Below, piece by piece: positions 29,427 through 38,392 of a stretch of DNA of 53,222 bases. The stretch lies in the NCBI GenBank assembly GCA_964641915.1, contig CAZXNN010000001.1, positions 1 through 53,222 of the forward strand, written 5' to 3'. A program made the translations under genes and the position numbers. The notes under the pieces were generated by a model. It made no database searches. It saw nothing but the letters and a program-made list of their open reading frames with translations, and was not told the DNA's origin. The DNA comes from an uncultured Nitrospira sp. GTDB lineage: Bacteria; Nitrospirota; Nitrospiria; Nitrospirales; Nitrospiraceae. How positions within the stretch are numbered: position 1 is the stretch's first letter; every line of letters starts with the position of its first letter.

Positions 29427-30116
29427 TTAGGTGGACTCGACGAGTAAGGGGGCAAGCACCGCCGAAGAGTTATGCCGCACCACGACCGCGGCGTGCGAAT
29501 ACGGACGGCCTTTATCCAGAAACACAATTGAAGACACCACTCCACCCGCAGCCTTGATCCACTGCTCAAGCTCGTCAAGAGACGAAAACCGAATCGTCGC
29601 GCCTTTTGTCGCGCCTAGCACCCTGACCATCATCACTTCCTGGAGATAGGAGAACCAATGCTTCCATCTGGGCTTCGTGATGTTCACCCCAAGGACCAGC
29701 GTGCCGGAAGGCTTGAGTGCCTTCAGGCAATGCCCGATGAACTGTTCCCGCAACTTCTGAGGAACAAGGTACAGCACATGCACCACCGTGACAACGTCAA
29801 AAGACTGGGGGGGGACGTTCGCGACATCCTCGTGATGAAACGATGTGTCTGGCAGATCCAGCTGACTGGCAATGTGAATTTTCCGGTGATCGATATCGAC
29901 GCCGACAATCTCTTGCTCTCTGCCGTGAATCTTTTTCAGGAACACCGCAAGAAGCCCGTCGCCGCAACCAACGTCGAGAATGCGCCCCTGCGTTGGAATC
30001 AGTCTGGCCAGGCCGCAAAAGGATGCCAGGCAGTACCGGATGGTCGGACGAACTCGATCGACCCTGGGTGCAAAGGCATAGGCCGCATAGACAGCCTGCA
30101 TAATTGCTAGCTTCAC
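29427..30116 (-). CDS. Class I SAM-dependent methyltransferase
   Basis: ILDVGCGDG, VGVDID, FDVVTVVHVLY, LKPSG. GTG at 30116 follows an AGGAG RBS. Confidence 0.85.
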   Translation of the reverse strand: MKLAIMQAVYAAYAFAPRVDRVRPTIRYCLASFCGLARLIPTQGRILDVGCGDGLLAVFLKKIHGREQEIVGVDIDHRKIHIASQLDLPDTSFHHEDVANVPPQSFDVVTVVHVLYLVPQKLREQFIGHCLKALKPSGTLVLGVNITKPRWKHWFSYLQEVMMVRVLGATKGATIRFSSLDELEQWIKAAGGVVSSIVFLDKGRPYSHAAVVVRHNSSAVLAPLLVEST

Positions 30117-30187
30117 AAGAGATCTCCTTCCGGCAGTCAATCCAATCCAGTAGCGTGAAGTGAGATCTATTCATTATCAGACATCCG

Positions 30188-31057
30188 TCACCGAAAGCTA
30201 GCCCGCAGCGCCAGTCCATGAAAGTTCGTTAAGTCAATCCTTTGATTTTCGATGCAGCGGCTAATCGCAACATCGCAGAGCGCGGCCAGCTCCGCTCGTC
30301 GTTCACTCAAATATGAATCCAATGCGGCTAACGCGGCATCATCAATGCCCGGATGCACGGCAATTTCCGTGACCCCCGGCTCGATCGACGCCAGGACTCG
30401 CTGGAGATCCGCCACGGTGTCCCCCCCTCCGCCATACCAGGCTACAAAGTGATCAGTCATATAGAGGCCCTGGGACTGAAACATTCCGCGGACTTTGCCC
30501 GCAAGATAGTTCACCAACTGCCACTTAATCCGATTGGCCAGAGACAGATGACGGCCGTTCGTATGCGGCAGCCGCACGGCCGGAATCTGATATTTTCTGC
30601 AGAGCCGCGCGACGACCGGCCCGACTTGAGGCAACACCTGGATATGATGATGCCCATCGACATGAGAGATGGCGATGCCAAGATCCCGGACCTTCTCGAT
30701 CTGGGCCGCCAGTTCACACTCCATCTCTTCTACCGGCAATCGGCGCAGCAAACCATCTCGCCAGACAACGCCTGCGCCCAAAAACCGCCCCTCTTGATCG
30801 GTCAAGGCGCCGGGCGCCGTCCGCATCGCCGGGCCGCTGGTCAGATTCAAATGGATACCGACGGACCGCCCGCCCGCTGACAGCAAACGGCGTACACTCT
30901 CTCCCGCGTAAGGCATATTGGCCATCACGGTCGTACTGGTCACAATGCCCTGCTGCATTCCCTGGAGAATGCCATCGGTGACCCCTGCGGTGAAGCCGAA
31001 ATCGTCGGCATTGACGATCAACTGTCTTCGTGTAGACGCTTCACCGGGCCGGGTCAT
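30188..31057 (-). CDS. YdjC/ChbG/HpnK-family carbohydrate deacetylase
   Basis: LIVNADDFG, TSTTVMAN, VGIHLNLTSG, SHVDGHHH, TEIAVHPG. ATG at 31057 is coupled to the upstream stop. Confidence 0.92.
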   Translation of the reverse strand: MTRPGEASTRRQLIVNADDFGFTAGVTDGILQGMQQGIVTSTTVMANMPYAGESVRRLLSAGGRSVGIHLNLTSGPAMRTAPGALTDQEGRFLGAGVVWRDGLLRRLPVEEMECELAAQIEKVRDLGIAISHVDGHHHIQVLPQVGPVVARLCRKYQIPAVRLPHTNGRHLSLANRIKWQLVNYLAGKVRGMFQSQGLYMTDHFVAWYGGGGDTVADLQRVLASIEPGVTEIAVHPGIDDAALAALDSYLSERRAELAALCDVAISRCIENQRIDLTNFHGLALRASFR

Positions 31058-31692
31058 TGTTTGCGCGCCATCCACCATCGGATCAATCCCCAACACATAG
31101 TCCCCGTGCGCTCGTCCTCACAGCCCACCTCGCGAAGCTCGGCCTCCAACGTACGAGGAAGGATCAATTCATGGCGAAGCTCATCGTCATGCCCTTCGCT
31201 GCCGTATTGCCACGCTCTCACCGTTTCCCACGCCGGCTCCAACCGCAGATACCATGCCGAGGGAACAGTCACGACCAGGCAGCCGCCCTTCTTGACATGT
31301 TTTGCCAAGTTGGCGAGCGCCGTCCGGCGGTCCCCGGCAGACACATGCTCCAGCACTTCCGACGCCACCACCACATCGAATTCACCCGGGAAGGTAAATG
31401 TGCGCAAATCGCCGAGCAGAAACCGCCCTTCCGGCACGAATTGCTGGCACCAATTCACCCGAGTCTGGAGCAGATCCACCCCGGAGACCTGGCACCCCTT
31501 ATCCGCCAGCAGGCGGCACAGCACTCCGGATCCACAACCGGCATCAAGTACTTGCCCGGGAGTCGGAACGATACCGGCCAGGCTATCGAGGCGCCTTTTG
31601 TGAAATGCATGTCGAAGACTCCACCGCTCGCGATACGAATCGGCGTAATAGGAGCCTCTGTTCATGGTCTCGTCATAGCCCAAGGATGGCAT
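31054..31692 (-). CDS. Class I SAM-dependent methyltransferase (UbiG-like fold)
   Basis: VLDAGCGSG, VSGVDL, FDVVVASEVLEHV, GGCLVVTVP. Confidence 0.88.
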   Translation of the reverse strand: MPSLGYDETMNRGSYYADSYRERWSLRHAFHKRRLDSLAGIVPTPGQVLDAGCGSGVLCRLLADKGCQVSGVDLLQTRVNWCQQFVPEGRFLLGDLRTFTFPGEFDVVVASEVLEHVSAGDRRTALANLAKHVKKGGCLVVTVPSAWYLRLEPAWETVRAWQYGSEGHDDELRHELILPRTLEAELREVGCEDERTGTMCWGLIRWWMARKQ

Positions 31693-31708
31693 CCCAGTTC
31701 TGTTTGAC

Positions 31709-32446
31709 TCAGCGATATTTCCCTTGAAATCCGTTGACTTTAATCGATAACAAATCTTTTAATACTGCTACGACGTTGCGCATGATTCGAACGGTGGTGA
31801 CCACCCCGGTATATTCCAGAACCACCGGAATTTCGGACACTCGAAAGCCGGCGAGTCTGGCCACATAGAGAAACTCGACGTCGAAAATAAATCGATCGAT
31901 CGTCAGTCGGCTGGCTACGTGCTTGGCCACATGCTTCCGGCACCCCTTCAAGCCGCATTGCGTATCCGAGACCTGAAGCCCAAACGCAATCCGCACAAGG
32001 TTCAGCAGTGTTCGGCCCAGCACATGCCGCATGAAGATGTACGGAAAATGTCGCGGGTTCATCAAAAATCTTGACTCAGGGAGCACCCGGGATCCGATGA
32101 CGACCTCCGCCCCCTGTCGAAGACTTTCGATCACCTTCCAGAGAGCCTCCACTCCGAACGGAAGATCGGTGTCGGTAAATGCCACGTACTCCCCTCGGCT
32201 CTCCTGGAAACCGCGCCGGACGGAAAACCCCTTGCCGCGATTCGGAACATTTTTGAATGCCCGCAGTTCCGGATATTCGGATTGGATCGCCTTGAGCCTG
32301 GCGTCCGTGTCGTCACCGCTGCCGTCATCGACGACAATGATTTCGAAACTCGATGACTTCGTGCGAAAATACCGCACGAGTTGCGACACCACGTCGGCGA
32401 TTGTATCGGCACTGTTGTAGGTTGGGATTATTATAGAGATGTCCAT
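31709..32446 (-). CDS. GT2 polyprenol-phosphate glycosyltransferase (dolichyl-P beta-glucosyltransferase-like)
   Basis: IIPTYN, VDDGSGD, NRGKGFSVR, FTDTDL, IGSR, DTQCGLK, FIFDVE. Confidence 0.9.
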   Translation of the reverse strand: MDISIIIPTYNSADTIADVVSQLVRYFRTKSSSFEIIVVDDGSGDDTDARLKAIQSEYPELRAFKNVPNRGKGFSVRRGFQESRGEYVAFTDTDLPFGVEALWKVIESLRQGAEVVIGSRVLPESRFLMNPRHFPYIFMRHVLGRTLLNLVRIAFGLQVSDTQCGLKGCRKHVAKHVASRLTIDRFIFDVEFLYVARLAGFRVSEIPVVLEYTGVVTTVRIMRNVVAVLKDLLSIKVNGFQGKYR

Positions 32447-32523
32447 CGAACCATCCTCTTCCGCCCCATGGGGAGCGCTCCCTTCGACCCGGCACGAAGC
32501 GGGAGATCTGGCTCCCTTCGCTT

Positions 32524-34221
32524 CTATCCCTGCCCACCTGCGTCAACGGCTCCCAGCCTTGGCTCAGCAGTTTCTCTTGTATCCTTCAGGCAATACGGTT
32601 CTACAGCGAAGGTTCCATCGGGTCTCTTCTCGACCCACAAGAAACGATCCAGCGGCCCTTTCCTCTCAATCAACCGTGTCCCGAAGTCAGCCTGCTTGGG
32701 AATTTTGCAGTTCCCTCTGGTTCCGAAGAGTAAACTCGCTTCTTCCGTGTAGAAAGTGATTGGCGGATTGCCTCCGTAGCGGAACGCCCAAAACTTTTCT
32801 CGCTGGGCAACCGGCCAATCCGCAGACAATCGAGCTGTTAACTCCCACTGCCGAGGTGGCCCGAACTTGCGCCAGGGAGTATCGATCACCGCCACGGTCA
32901 CCCCTCCCCGATCAGACAGATGCGGACGAACGGCTTCCCCCATTAAGGCCATGTCCTGCCGTTCCTGAATAAAACGCCACCCTTCGATCAATGCCGTATC
33001 GCCGGCGGCAAACCCAAACAAGAGGATGGGAATAGCCCAAAAACGCTGGCGAACCAGGCTCAACACGAGGAAGACGAGCACCATCGCAATAATGGGTAAC
33101 ACTGGCATGCCAAACCGAGAAGTGGTGCCATCGTCAGAATTCCAAGGCAATCGCCCACTAAAGATAACCGGCAGAAGCCCGGCGAAGAGTGCGACTCCCA
33201 GCAAGAGAATAGGACCGATCATCGGGCCAAGATCGATTTTCCGGCTTCGATGCGCCTGACTCCCCACAATCAACAAAACTCCCACCACCACACCATAGAT
33301 AGCAGCCAGGAGGCCGGACTTTGTGGTGAGCCGAATTTCGCCCAACGAGAGGGTCATGTTCCCGACCAGGCCCTGCCAGATCGCTTGGGTCATCTTCACG
33401 AAAAACATGAGGCCCAGTTCTTTGGCAATGGGAGGATGCTTGTACATGATGCCCGTATTGGCGCGCCACTCCGCCAAGAGATAATACAGCCCATAGGCGA
33501 TCACTGAGACGACGATCGAGAGTAGAAGGGATCGGTATGTGCGCGATCTCTCCCCGTCGTTCGGATTGATGATCGCTGGGAGCAAGAGGAGAGCCGTCAT
33601 GGCTGCGACCACCGAGAAGGCATACTCCATAAACAAGATGGCAGCTCCAAGCAAGATCTGGCTTGCCACGAGCGCCGTCCAGCCTGTCTTGTCGCTCGCC
33701 GTGATAAAACGCAACACCAGAAGATAGGCGGTATAGGCGAGCACGATGCTCAGCAAACATCCCAAGACAATACTGGCGAGCATGGTCTGCGAATGAAACC
33801 CGAAGGGAGCGATGGTGATACAGGCCACCACCCACCCGTAGTGGGCGAGGTGCGGGAGGAGGTGTCTCCATATGAGTGCTGCGGCCACCGCAAGCCCCCC
33901 CCACAACACCGCATGTGCAATAAAATTGAACCGCCAGAAGGCCTGCTCCGACAAGGATAGAACGGTCCACACGTATCCCATGACCGGTCGATCTGGTAGA
34001 CCTGTTAGAAAATCTGTTCCTTTCTCCTTGAAGTAGAGCCAATTCCAGGAGTCATCGAACATCGGCAGCGATCCGATGGCGCCGATGGTCAACGGCGCCA
34101 GCACCATCAATAATGCCAGGAGAGACGGGAAACTCCAAAATGGAGGCTGCCGGGTGGTGGCTGCATCGGAGGCTGCAGAAGCATCCACCGTGTGCCGTGC
34201 GTCCTCAGCTACCACGCTCAT
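32524..34221 (-). CDS. Polytopic membrane protein, probable GT-C fold
   Basis: About 11-12 hydrophobic segments, FDDSW and DRPV in the first extracytoplasmic loop (GT-C-like DD and RP), and a soluble C-terminal domain. Start is coupled to the GMC stop (ATGA). Function is inferred. Confidence 0.6.
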   Translation of the reverse strand: MSVVAEDARHTVDASAASDAATTRQPPFWSFPSLLALLMVLAPLTIGAIGSLPMFDDSWNWLYFKEKGTDFLTGLPDRPVMGYVWTVLSLSEQAFWRFNFIAHAVLWGGLAVAAALIWRHLLPHLAHYGWVVACITIAPFGFHSQTMLASIVLGCLLSIVLAYTAYLLVLRFITASDKTGWTALVASQILLGAAILFMEYAFSVVAAMTALLLLPAIINPNDGERSRTYRSLLLSIVVSVIAYGLYYLLAEWRANTGIMYKHPPIAKELGLMFFVKMTQAIWQGLVGNMTLSLGEIRLTTKSGLLAAIYGVVVGVLLIVGSQAHRSRKIDLGPMIGPILLLGVALFAGLLPVIFSGRLPWNSDDGTTSRFGMPVLPIIAMVLVFLVLSLVRQRFWAIPILLFGFAAGDTALIEGWRFIQERQDMALMGEAVRPHLSDRGGVTVAVIDTPWRKFGPPRQWELTARLSADWPVAQREKFWAFRYGGNPPITFYTEEASLLFGTRGNCKIPKQADFGTRLIERKGPLDRFLWVEKRPDGTFAVEPYCLKDTRETAEPRLGAVDAGGQG

Positions 34222-35828
34222 AGTTCTCCCCGCTTAAATGCCATCGCTATATGTTCTGACGTCCTCGTGGCCAGCGCCGCGATCGTCAGCGTGGGATTGA
34301 CCGCTGCGCCCGTCACAAATACGCTACCGTCCCCAATGAAGAGGTTGGCCACGTCGTGCGTGCGACACGAGGGATCCACGACCGATGATCGGGGATCTTT
34401 CCCCATGCGACAGCTCCCCATGTAGTGCAGAGATCTGCCAGGACCGTACTCTGTTAACGCGATTTCCGTCGCGCCTGAGGCTGAAAGCACATCATGCAGA
34501 TGCGGCTGGATTGCCTTCAGCATCGCCTGGTCGTTTTCTCGTGGTTCATTAATGATTCGTGGGACCGGAAGTCCGAGGTGATCTTTCTGCTCAGGATCCA
34601 GCATGACCCGATTCCGAATATCGGGCAGCTGTTCACCGACTGTCACGAGCCCAAGTCTATGTCCGACCAGGCGCTTCATTTGCCGTTTATGCTCGACTCC
34701 CCACCCACGCTCTCCGACGGCTACAGACTGGGGCCACTGATAGCCATTGTTGACTTCCGTCATCCAGCCCCGCGCAAAACTATTCCGCTTGTTCGTGGCA
34801 TAGAAGTCCTGCAGCATTCCACCGGCCATCGGTCCTTTCCAGGGCTCCAGCCACTCCGAAAACACAGCCGACATGCCGAGATTCAGATGATCCATAAAAT
34901 ACTTACCCACAAGCCCGTTCGAGTTCGCCAGACCGCCGGGGAACCGTGTGGAGGTACTCATCATCAACAAGCGCGGCGTCTCTACCGCATTCCCCGCGAT
35001 CACAAACGCCCGTGCGGTAATTTCATGCTCGTGGCCAGCGGCGTCAAGATACACCACGCTGCGGGCCTTTCGATCGTCTCCAACCGTGATTTCACGCGCC
35101 TGACAGTTCGTTCGAATCTCCACTCGCCCTGTCGCTTCGGCCTTCGGAACATAGGTCACGTCGATACTGGACTTGGCTTTGACCTTGCACCCAAGCCCGC
35201 ACACCCCCGCTCGCATGCAGGCGGCTCGCCCACCCCAGCTTTGGGTCGGAATGGCCAGGGGAGATTGGACTAGATGCAATCCCAACTTGGCAGCCCCACG
35301 CTGCAATACCCGAGTGGGACAGCTGATCTTGTGGGCAGGAGTCGGAAACGGCCTGCTCCGCGGAGGGTCAAACGGATTGCCTTCCGCCCCACTAGGCCCC
35401 GAGACTCCGAGCTCATATTCGACCTTGGTGTAATAGGGCTCAAGGTCCTGATAGGTTAACGGCCAATCATCTCCCACTCCATCCTCGGTGCGAGTTCGAA
35501 AATCTGACTCGTGAAATCTTGGTGTGACCGCCCAATAGGCCAGTGTCGATCCACCGACCCCTTTCACTCGCCAATAGTAGAACTCTTGTCCTCCCCCGGA
35601 GGTATAGTGATCTCTTCGTGGATCCTCTGGCTGAAAGATGTTCCACTTGATGGCAAAATCTCGCTGGTCCGTCCGATAGTCCGTAGTCGGGTTGTAGCGC
35701 TTCCCTACCTCCAACACTACAACGGAGAGGCCGGCTTCGCCCAATTCCTTGGCGGCCACCCCTCCTCCGGCTCCACAGCCGATAATCACCACATCGACCT
35801 GCTCTTTTTTCGGCTGCAAATTGGCCAT
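34218..35828 (-). CDS. GMC-family FAD oxidoreductase (sugar dehydrogenase large subunit)
   Basis: VVIIGCGAGGG, VGGST, DWPLTYQDLEPYY, CMRAGVCGLGC, GLVGKYFMDH, HYMGSCRMG, NPTLTIAALA. ATG at 35828 after a GAGG RBS. Confidence 0.92.
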   Translation of the reverse strand: MANLQPKKEQVDVVIIGCGAGGGVAAKELGEAGLSVVVLEVGKRYNPTTDYRTDQRDFAIKWNIFQPEDPRRDHYTSGGGQEFYYWRVKGVGGSTLAYWAVTPRFHESDFRTRTEDGVGDDWPLTYQDLEPYYTKVEYELGVSGPSGAEGNPFDPPRSRPFPTPAHKISCPTRVLQRGAAKLGLHLVQSPLAIPTQSWGGRAACMRAGVCGLGCKVKAKSSIDVTYVPKAEATGRVEIRTNCQAREITVGDDRKARSVVYLDAAGHEHEITARAFVIAGNAVETPRLLMMSTSTRFPGGLANSNGLVGKYFMDHLNLGMSAVFSEWLEPWKGPMAGGMLQDFYATNKRNSFARGWMTEVNNGYQWPQSVAVGERGWGVEHKRQMKRLVGHRLGLVTVGEQLPDIRNRVMLDPEQKDHLGLPVPRIINEPRENDQAMLKAIQPHLHDVLSASGATEIALTEYGPGRSLHYMGSCRMGKDPRSSVVDPSCRTHDVANLFIGDGSVFVTGAAVNPTLTIAALATRTSEHIAMAFKRGEL

Positions 35829-35844
35829 CGCGCCTATCCTCGCA

Positions 35845-36540
35845 TCAAACCGTTGGAATCGCACATTTGTCGACCGAGCTGAAATACCCGAGCGGGAAGG
35901 GAGGCCCCTCGTACCCTAGCCATACCCACGCGACTTGGCTGCTATAAAACTTCTCTTTGGAGTCTTGAACAACATACCGGCAAAATTCCGTCGCGGCGGC
36001 ACTGACTCCCTGCCATTTGAAATAGTAGAGAACGCGCAACTTGCGACTGACTTTTTCCTGGATTGAACCCGGCTCTTGATCGAGTACCAGCCTTGCTTGG
36101 TCCACCATACTGAACAATTCAACCTGCTCCTTCATCCCAAGCCTGGCAAAGGCCTGCCCGTGGTGATACATCGCCAGTCCGTCGAATGCCTCCAACCCTG
36201 TACGGTACAGATTCTGACGGCGCGGTGTATCCGCCACGAACCGCTCAAGCAGACCGGCCAGGTCCGCTTCAGTCGCTCCCGGTCCATTGCCGTCCGAAGG
36301 GATGATCACTGAGGCCAGCGCCTTCATCGTTGCAAGTTCAACCGGCGTAAACCACCGAGAGCCCGGTTCAACAGCTCCGACCTTCCCTGTTGGAGGCCCC
36401 GGGAGATCCGCAGACTGGGCGGACGTTCGCTGAAACAGGTTCAACCCAAGGCCAAATCCTGTCACCGCGATCACTCCAGCAGCCCAATAACCAGCCTTCT
36501 TCATGAAGACTCGCCGATTTATTTTCTTCATTCCCGTCAC
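35845..36540 (-). CDS. Gluconate 2-dehydrogenase subunit 3-like (gamma/hitchhiker) protein with Tat signal
   Basis: Twin-arginine NRRVFMK followed by a hydrophobic stretch and ASA/AQS, then IIPSD..PGA, FYSS...W..LGYEGP. Adjacent to the GMC gene. Confidence 0.82.
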   Translation of the reverse strand: MTGMKKINRRVFMKKAGYWAAGVIAVTGFGLGLNLFQRTSAQSADLPGPPTGKVGAVEPGSRWFTPVELATMKALASVIIPSDGNGPGATEADLAGLLERFVADTPRRQNLYRTGLEAFDGLAMYHHGQAFARLGMKEQVELFSMVDQARLVLDQEPGSIQEKVSRKLRVLYYFKWQGVSAAATEFCRYVVQDSKEKFYSSQVAWVWLGYEGPPFPLGYFSSVDKCAIPTV

Positions 36541-37373
36541 GCCCCCATCCGCTTCGAGGAACAGGCTCCGGCTTCATAAAACTTTCGGTCGTACACCGCG
36601 GTCCGCAAGTGCTCCGGTGTTCCAATATCAAGATACGAGCATTCCGGGAATTGAACGCCTTCCATGCGTAGCCCGCCTTGGAATGCCGCCTGCAGCACAT
36701 GCCCCACAGACAATTCTGATTGCCCATCCAGCCCTTCCTCAGGCATACCTTCGCGTTGTTGGCCCTCCAAATACTCATGGAGAAACCGGGTAAAGACCGG
36801 ACTCCACACCGCAATGATCCATCCAAAACCAAGACTCGACACAGAAGGCTTGATGACAATAGACCTGACCTCACACTGGTCATCGATCTCTACCATGTCC
36901 ATCGTCCAAGGCTGTGCTACAGAGACAAGACCTAACACCACATCGGCCCCGCTAGACGCTTGACGCTGGAGCAATTGAATGTATGCATCCTCCGCGTCAA
37001 ACAAGATATCCGGGAATCCAAACGCTACGATCGAATCGCCGACAAACGGGGAGGCCTGGTCAAGGGTATAGGGCGTTCCAAAAGGCAACCGCATCATCAA
37101 ATAACCCAGATTCATATCGACTGAGGCCCCGTCACCAAAATACTTGGGAATATCCCACTTACCTTCGCGCAAGATGAAATAGGCTTTCTTGACACCAGCC
37201 TTCCGCATTTTCTCCAGCAAGTACTGCGACACCGCTTTGGGTCGCACGTTGTCAATTCCTTCCACTTTCCCAAATCCGATTGGGAAGATCTCCTTACTGC
37301 ATGGCAACGGCTCAATACGGGAACCTCGGCCTCCAGCCGGTAAGATTCCCACAATGTCGACGCTCTTCTGCAC
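36537..37373 (-). CDS. Sugar-phosphate nucleotidyltransferase (RmlA-related)
   Basis: GILPAGGRGSR..P..CSKE, FGFPDILF, YLDIGTPE. GTG start. Confidence 0.82.
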   Translation of the reverse strand: MQKSVDIVGILPAGGRGSRIEPLPCSKEIFPIGFGKVEGIDNVRPKAVSQYLLEKMRKAGVKKAYFILREGKWDIPKYFGDGASVDMNLGYLMMRLPFGTPYTLDQASPFVGDSIVAFGFPDILFDAEDAYIQLLQRQASSGADVVLGLVSVAQPWTMDMVEIDDQCEVRSIVIKPSVSSLGFGWIIAVWSPVFTRFLHEYLEGQQREGMPEEGLDGQSELSVGHVLQAAFQGGLRMEGVQFPECSYLDIGTPEHLRTAVYDRKFYEAGACSSKRMGA

Positions 37374-37408
37374 CGTTCGGTCTACCCTTTGACTTTCAGT
37401 TCACACAC

Positions 37409-38368
37409 CTAGCTCACTGAAGCCACTCCGCCCGTCTTGCCACCCTTCATCACGCTCTGCTGCTCGCGGTACCAATCAACGGTCTGTTGCAGCCCCTGAT
37501 CGAGAGACGTGGTGGCTTTCCACCCGACCTTAGCTAAAGCGCCGGCCGTATCAGCGAGACGCACCTGCTCAAACGGACGGTCAGGCAACGCACCGAATAG
37601 CGGGTTGGCCTGGCCACCAATCATGGCTCCCAGACGTTCGACTACGCCTCGGACCGAGGTGAGGGCCCCGGACCCCAGGTCAATTGTCTCCCCATCAATC
37701 CCCGAAGCAAGAGCCGCCTGAAGAAACCCCTCAATAACATCATCGATGTACACCCAGTCAGCCTCCAGTCGGCCACTGGAAAGTTTTGGAGGATCCCCGT
37801 TCAACAGAGCCAATGCCACCGATGGGATCAGTTTCTTGGAATCCTGCCCAGGTCCATACGCCATGAATGGCCGCACACTGATACACGGTGTCCCATACAG
37901 ACGATGAAACATGCGTCCATAGGCTCCTCCGGCCCATTTTGCCGCCGCATAGGGAGACCCCGGGATAAGTTCACCCTGAGCTGATTCAGGCTCTGTGAGC
38001 GACGCAACCAATACCATGCGACGGAGAGGCGCTTCCGTCGATACACTCAAAAGATTCACCGTGCTGGTGAGCAAACTATGGAACGTCGGGAGAACCAGAT
38101 CCGCGCTAGGGCTGGCGCCCACCATGCCCGACAAGTGAAATATGATGTCCGGCTTGATTGAGGACACAAGATGCCGCGCGGTTCCTAGGTCTGCCAGGTC
38201 TCCTTCCCACCAGGTGGGACCTCCGGGCTCCGTGACTTTCTTCGAGCGCGAGGTGGCATGGACATGGCTGCCTGCGCGACAAAGCGCACGGCAAAGGCCA
38301 CTTCCAATGAAGCCACTGGCCCCTGTGACCAACACCGTCAGTCCGACCCACTCTCGATGCTGGTTCAT
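37409..38368 (-). CDS. NAD-dependent epimerase/dehydratase/reductase (extended SDR)
   Basis: VTGASGFIG, SPYAAAK, YGPGQ, DWVYIDDV. Confidence 0.88.
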   Translation of the reverse strand: MNQHREWVGLTVLVTGASGFIGSGLCRALCRAGSHVHATSRSKKVTEPGGPTWWEGDLADLGTARHLVSSIKPDIIFHLSGMVGASPSADLVLPTFHSLLTSTVNLLSVSTEAPLRRMVLVASLTEPESAQGELIPGSPYAAAKWAGGAYGRMFHRLYGTPCISVRPFMAYGPGQDSKKLIPSVALALLNGDPPKLSSGRLEADWVYIDDVIEGFLQAALASGIDGETIDLGSGALTSVRGVVERLGAMIGGQANPLFGALPDRPFEQVRLADTAGALAKVGWKATTSLDQGLQQTVDWYREQQSVMKGGKTGGVASVS

Positions 38369-38392
38369 GCAACCGGCTCTCGTCTGGATCGG

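Noticed and set aside
33158-34042. 294-aa alternative-frame minus-strand ORF inside the membrane protein gene
   Set aside because: Arg/Gly/His-rich off-frame translation with no RBS or motifs. The hydrophobic frame is the coupled, plausible one.
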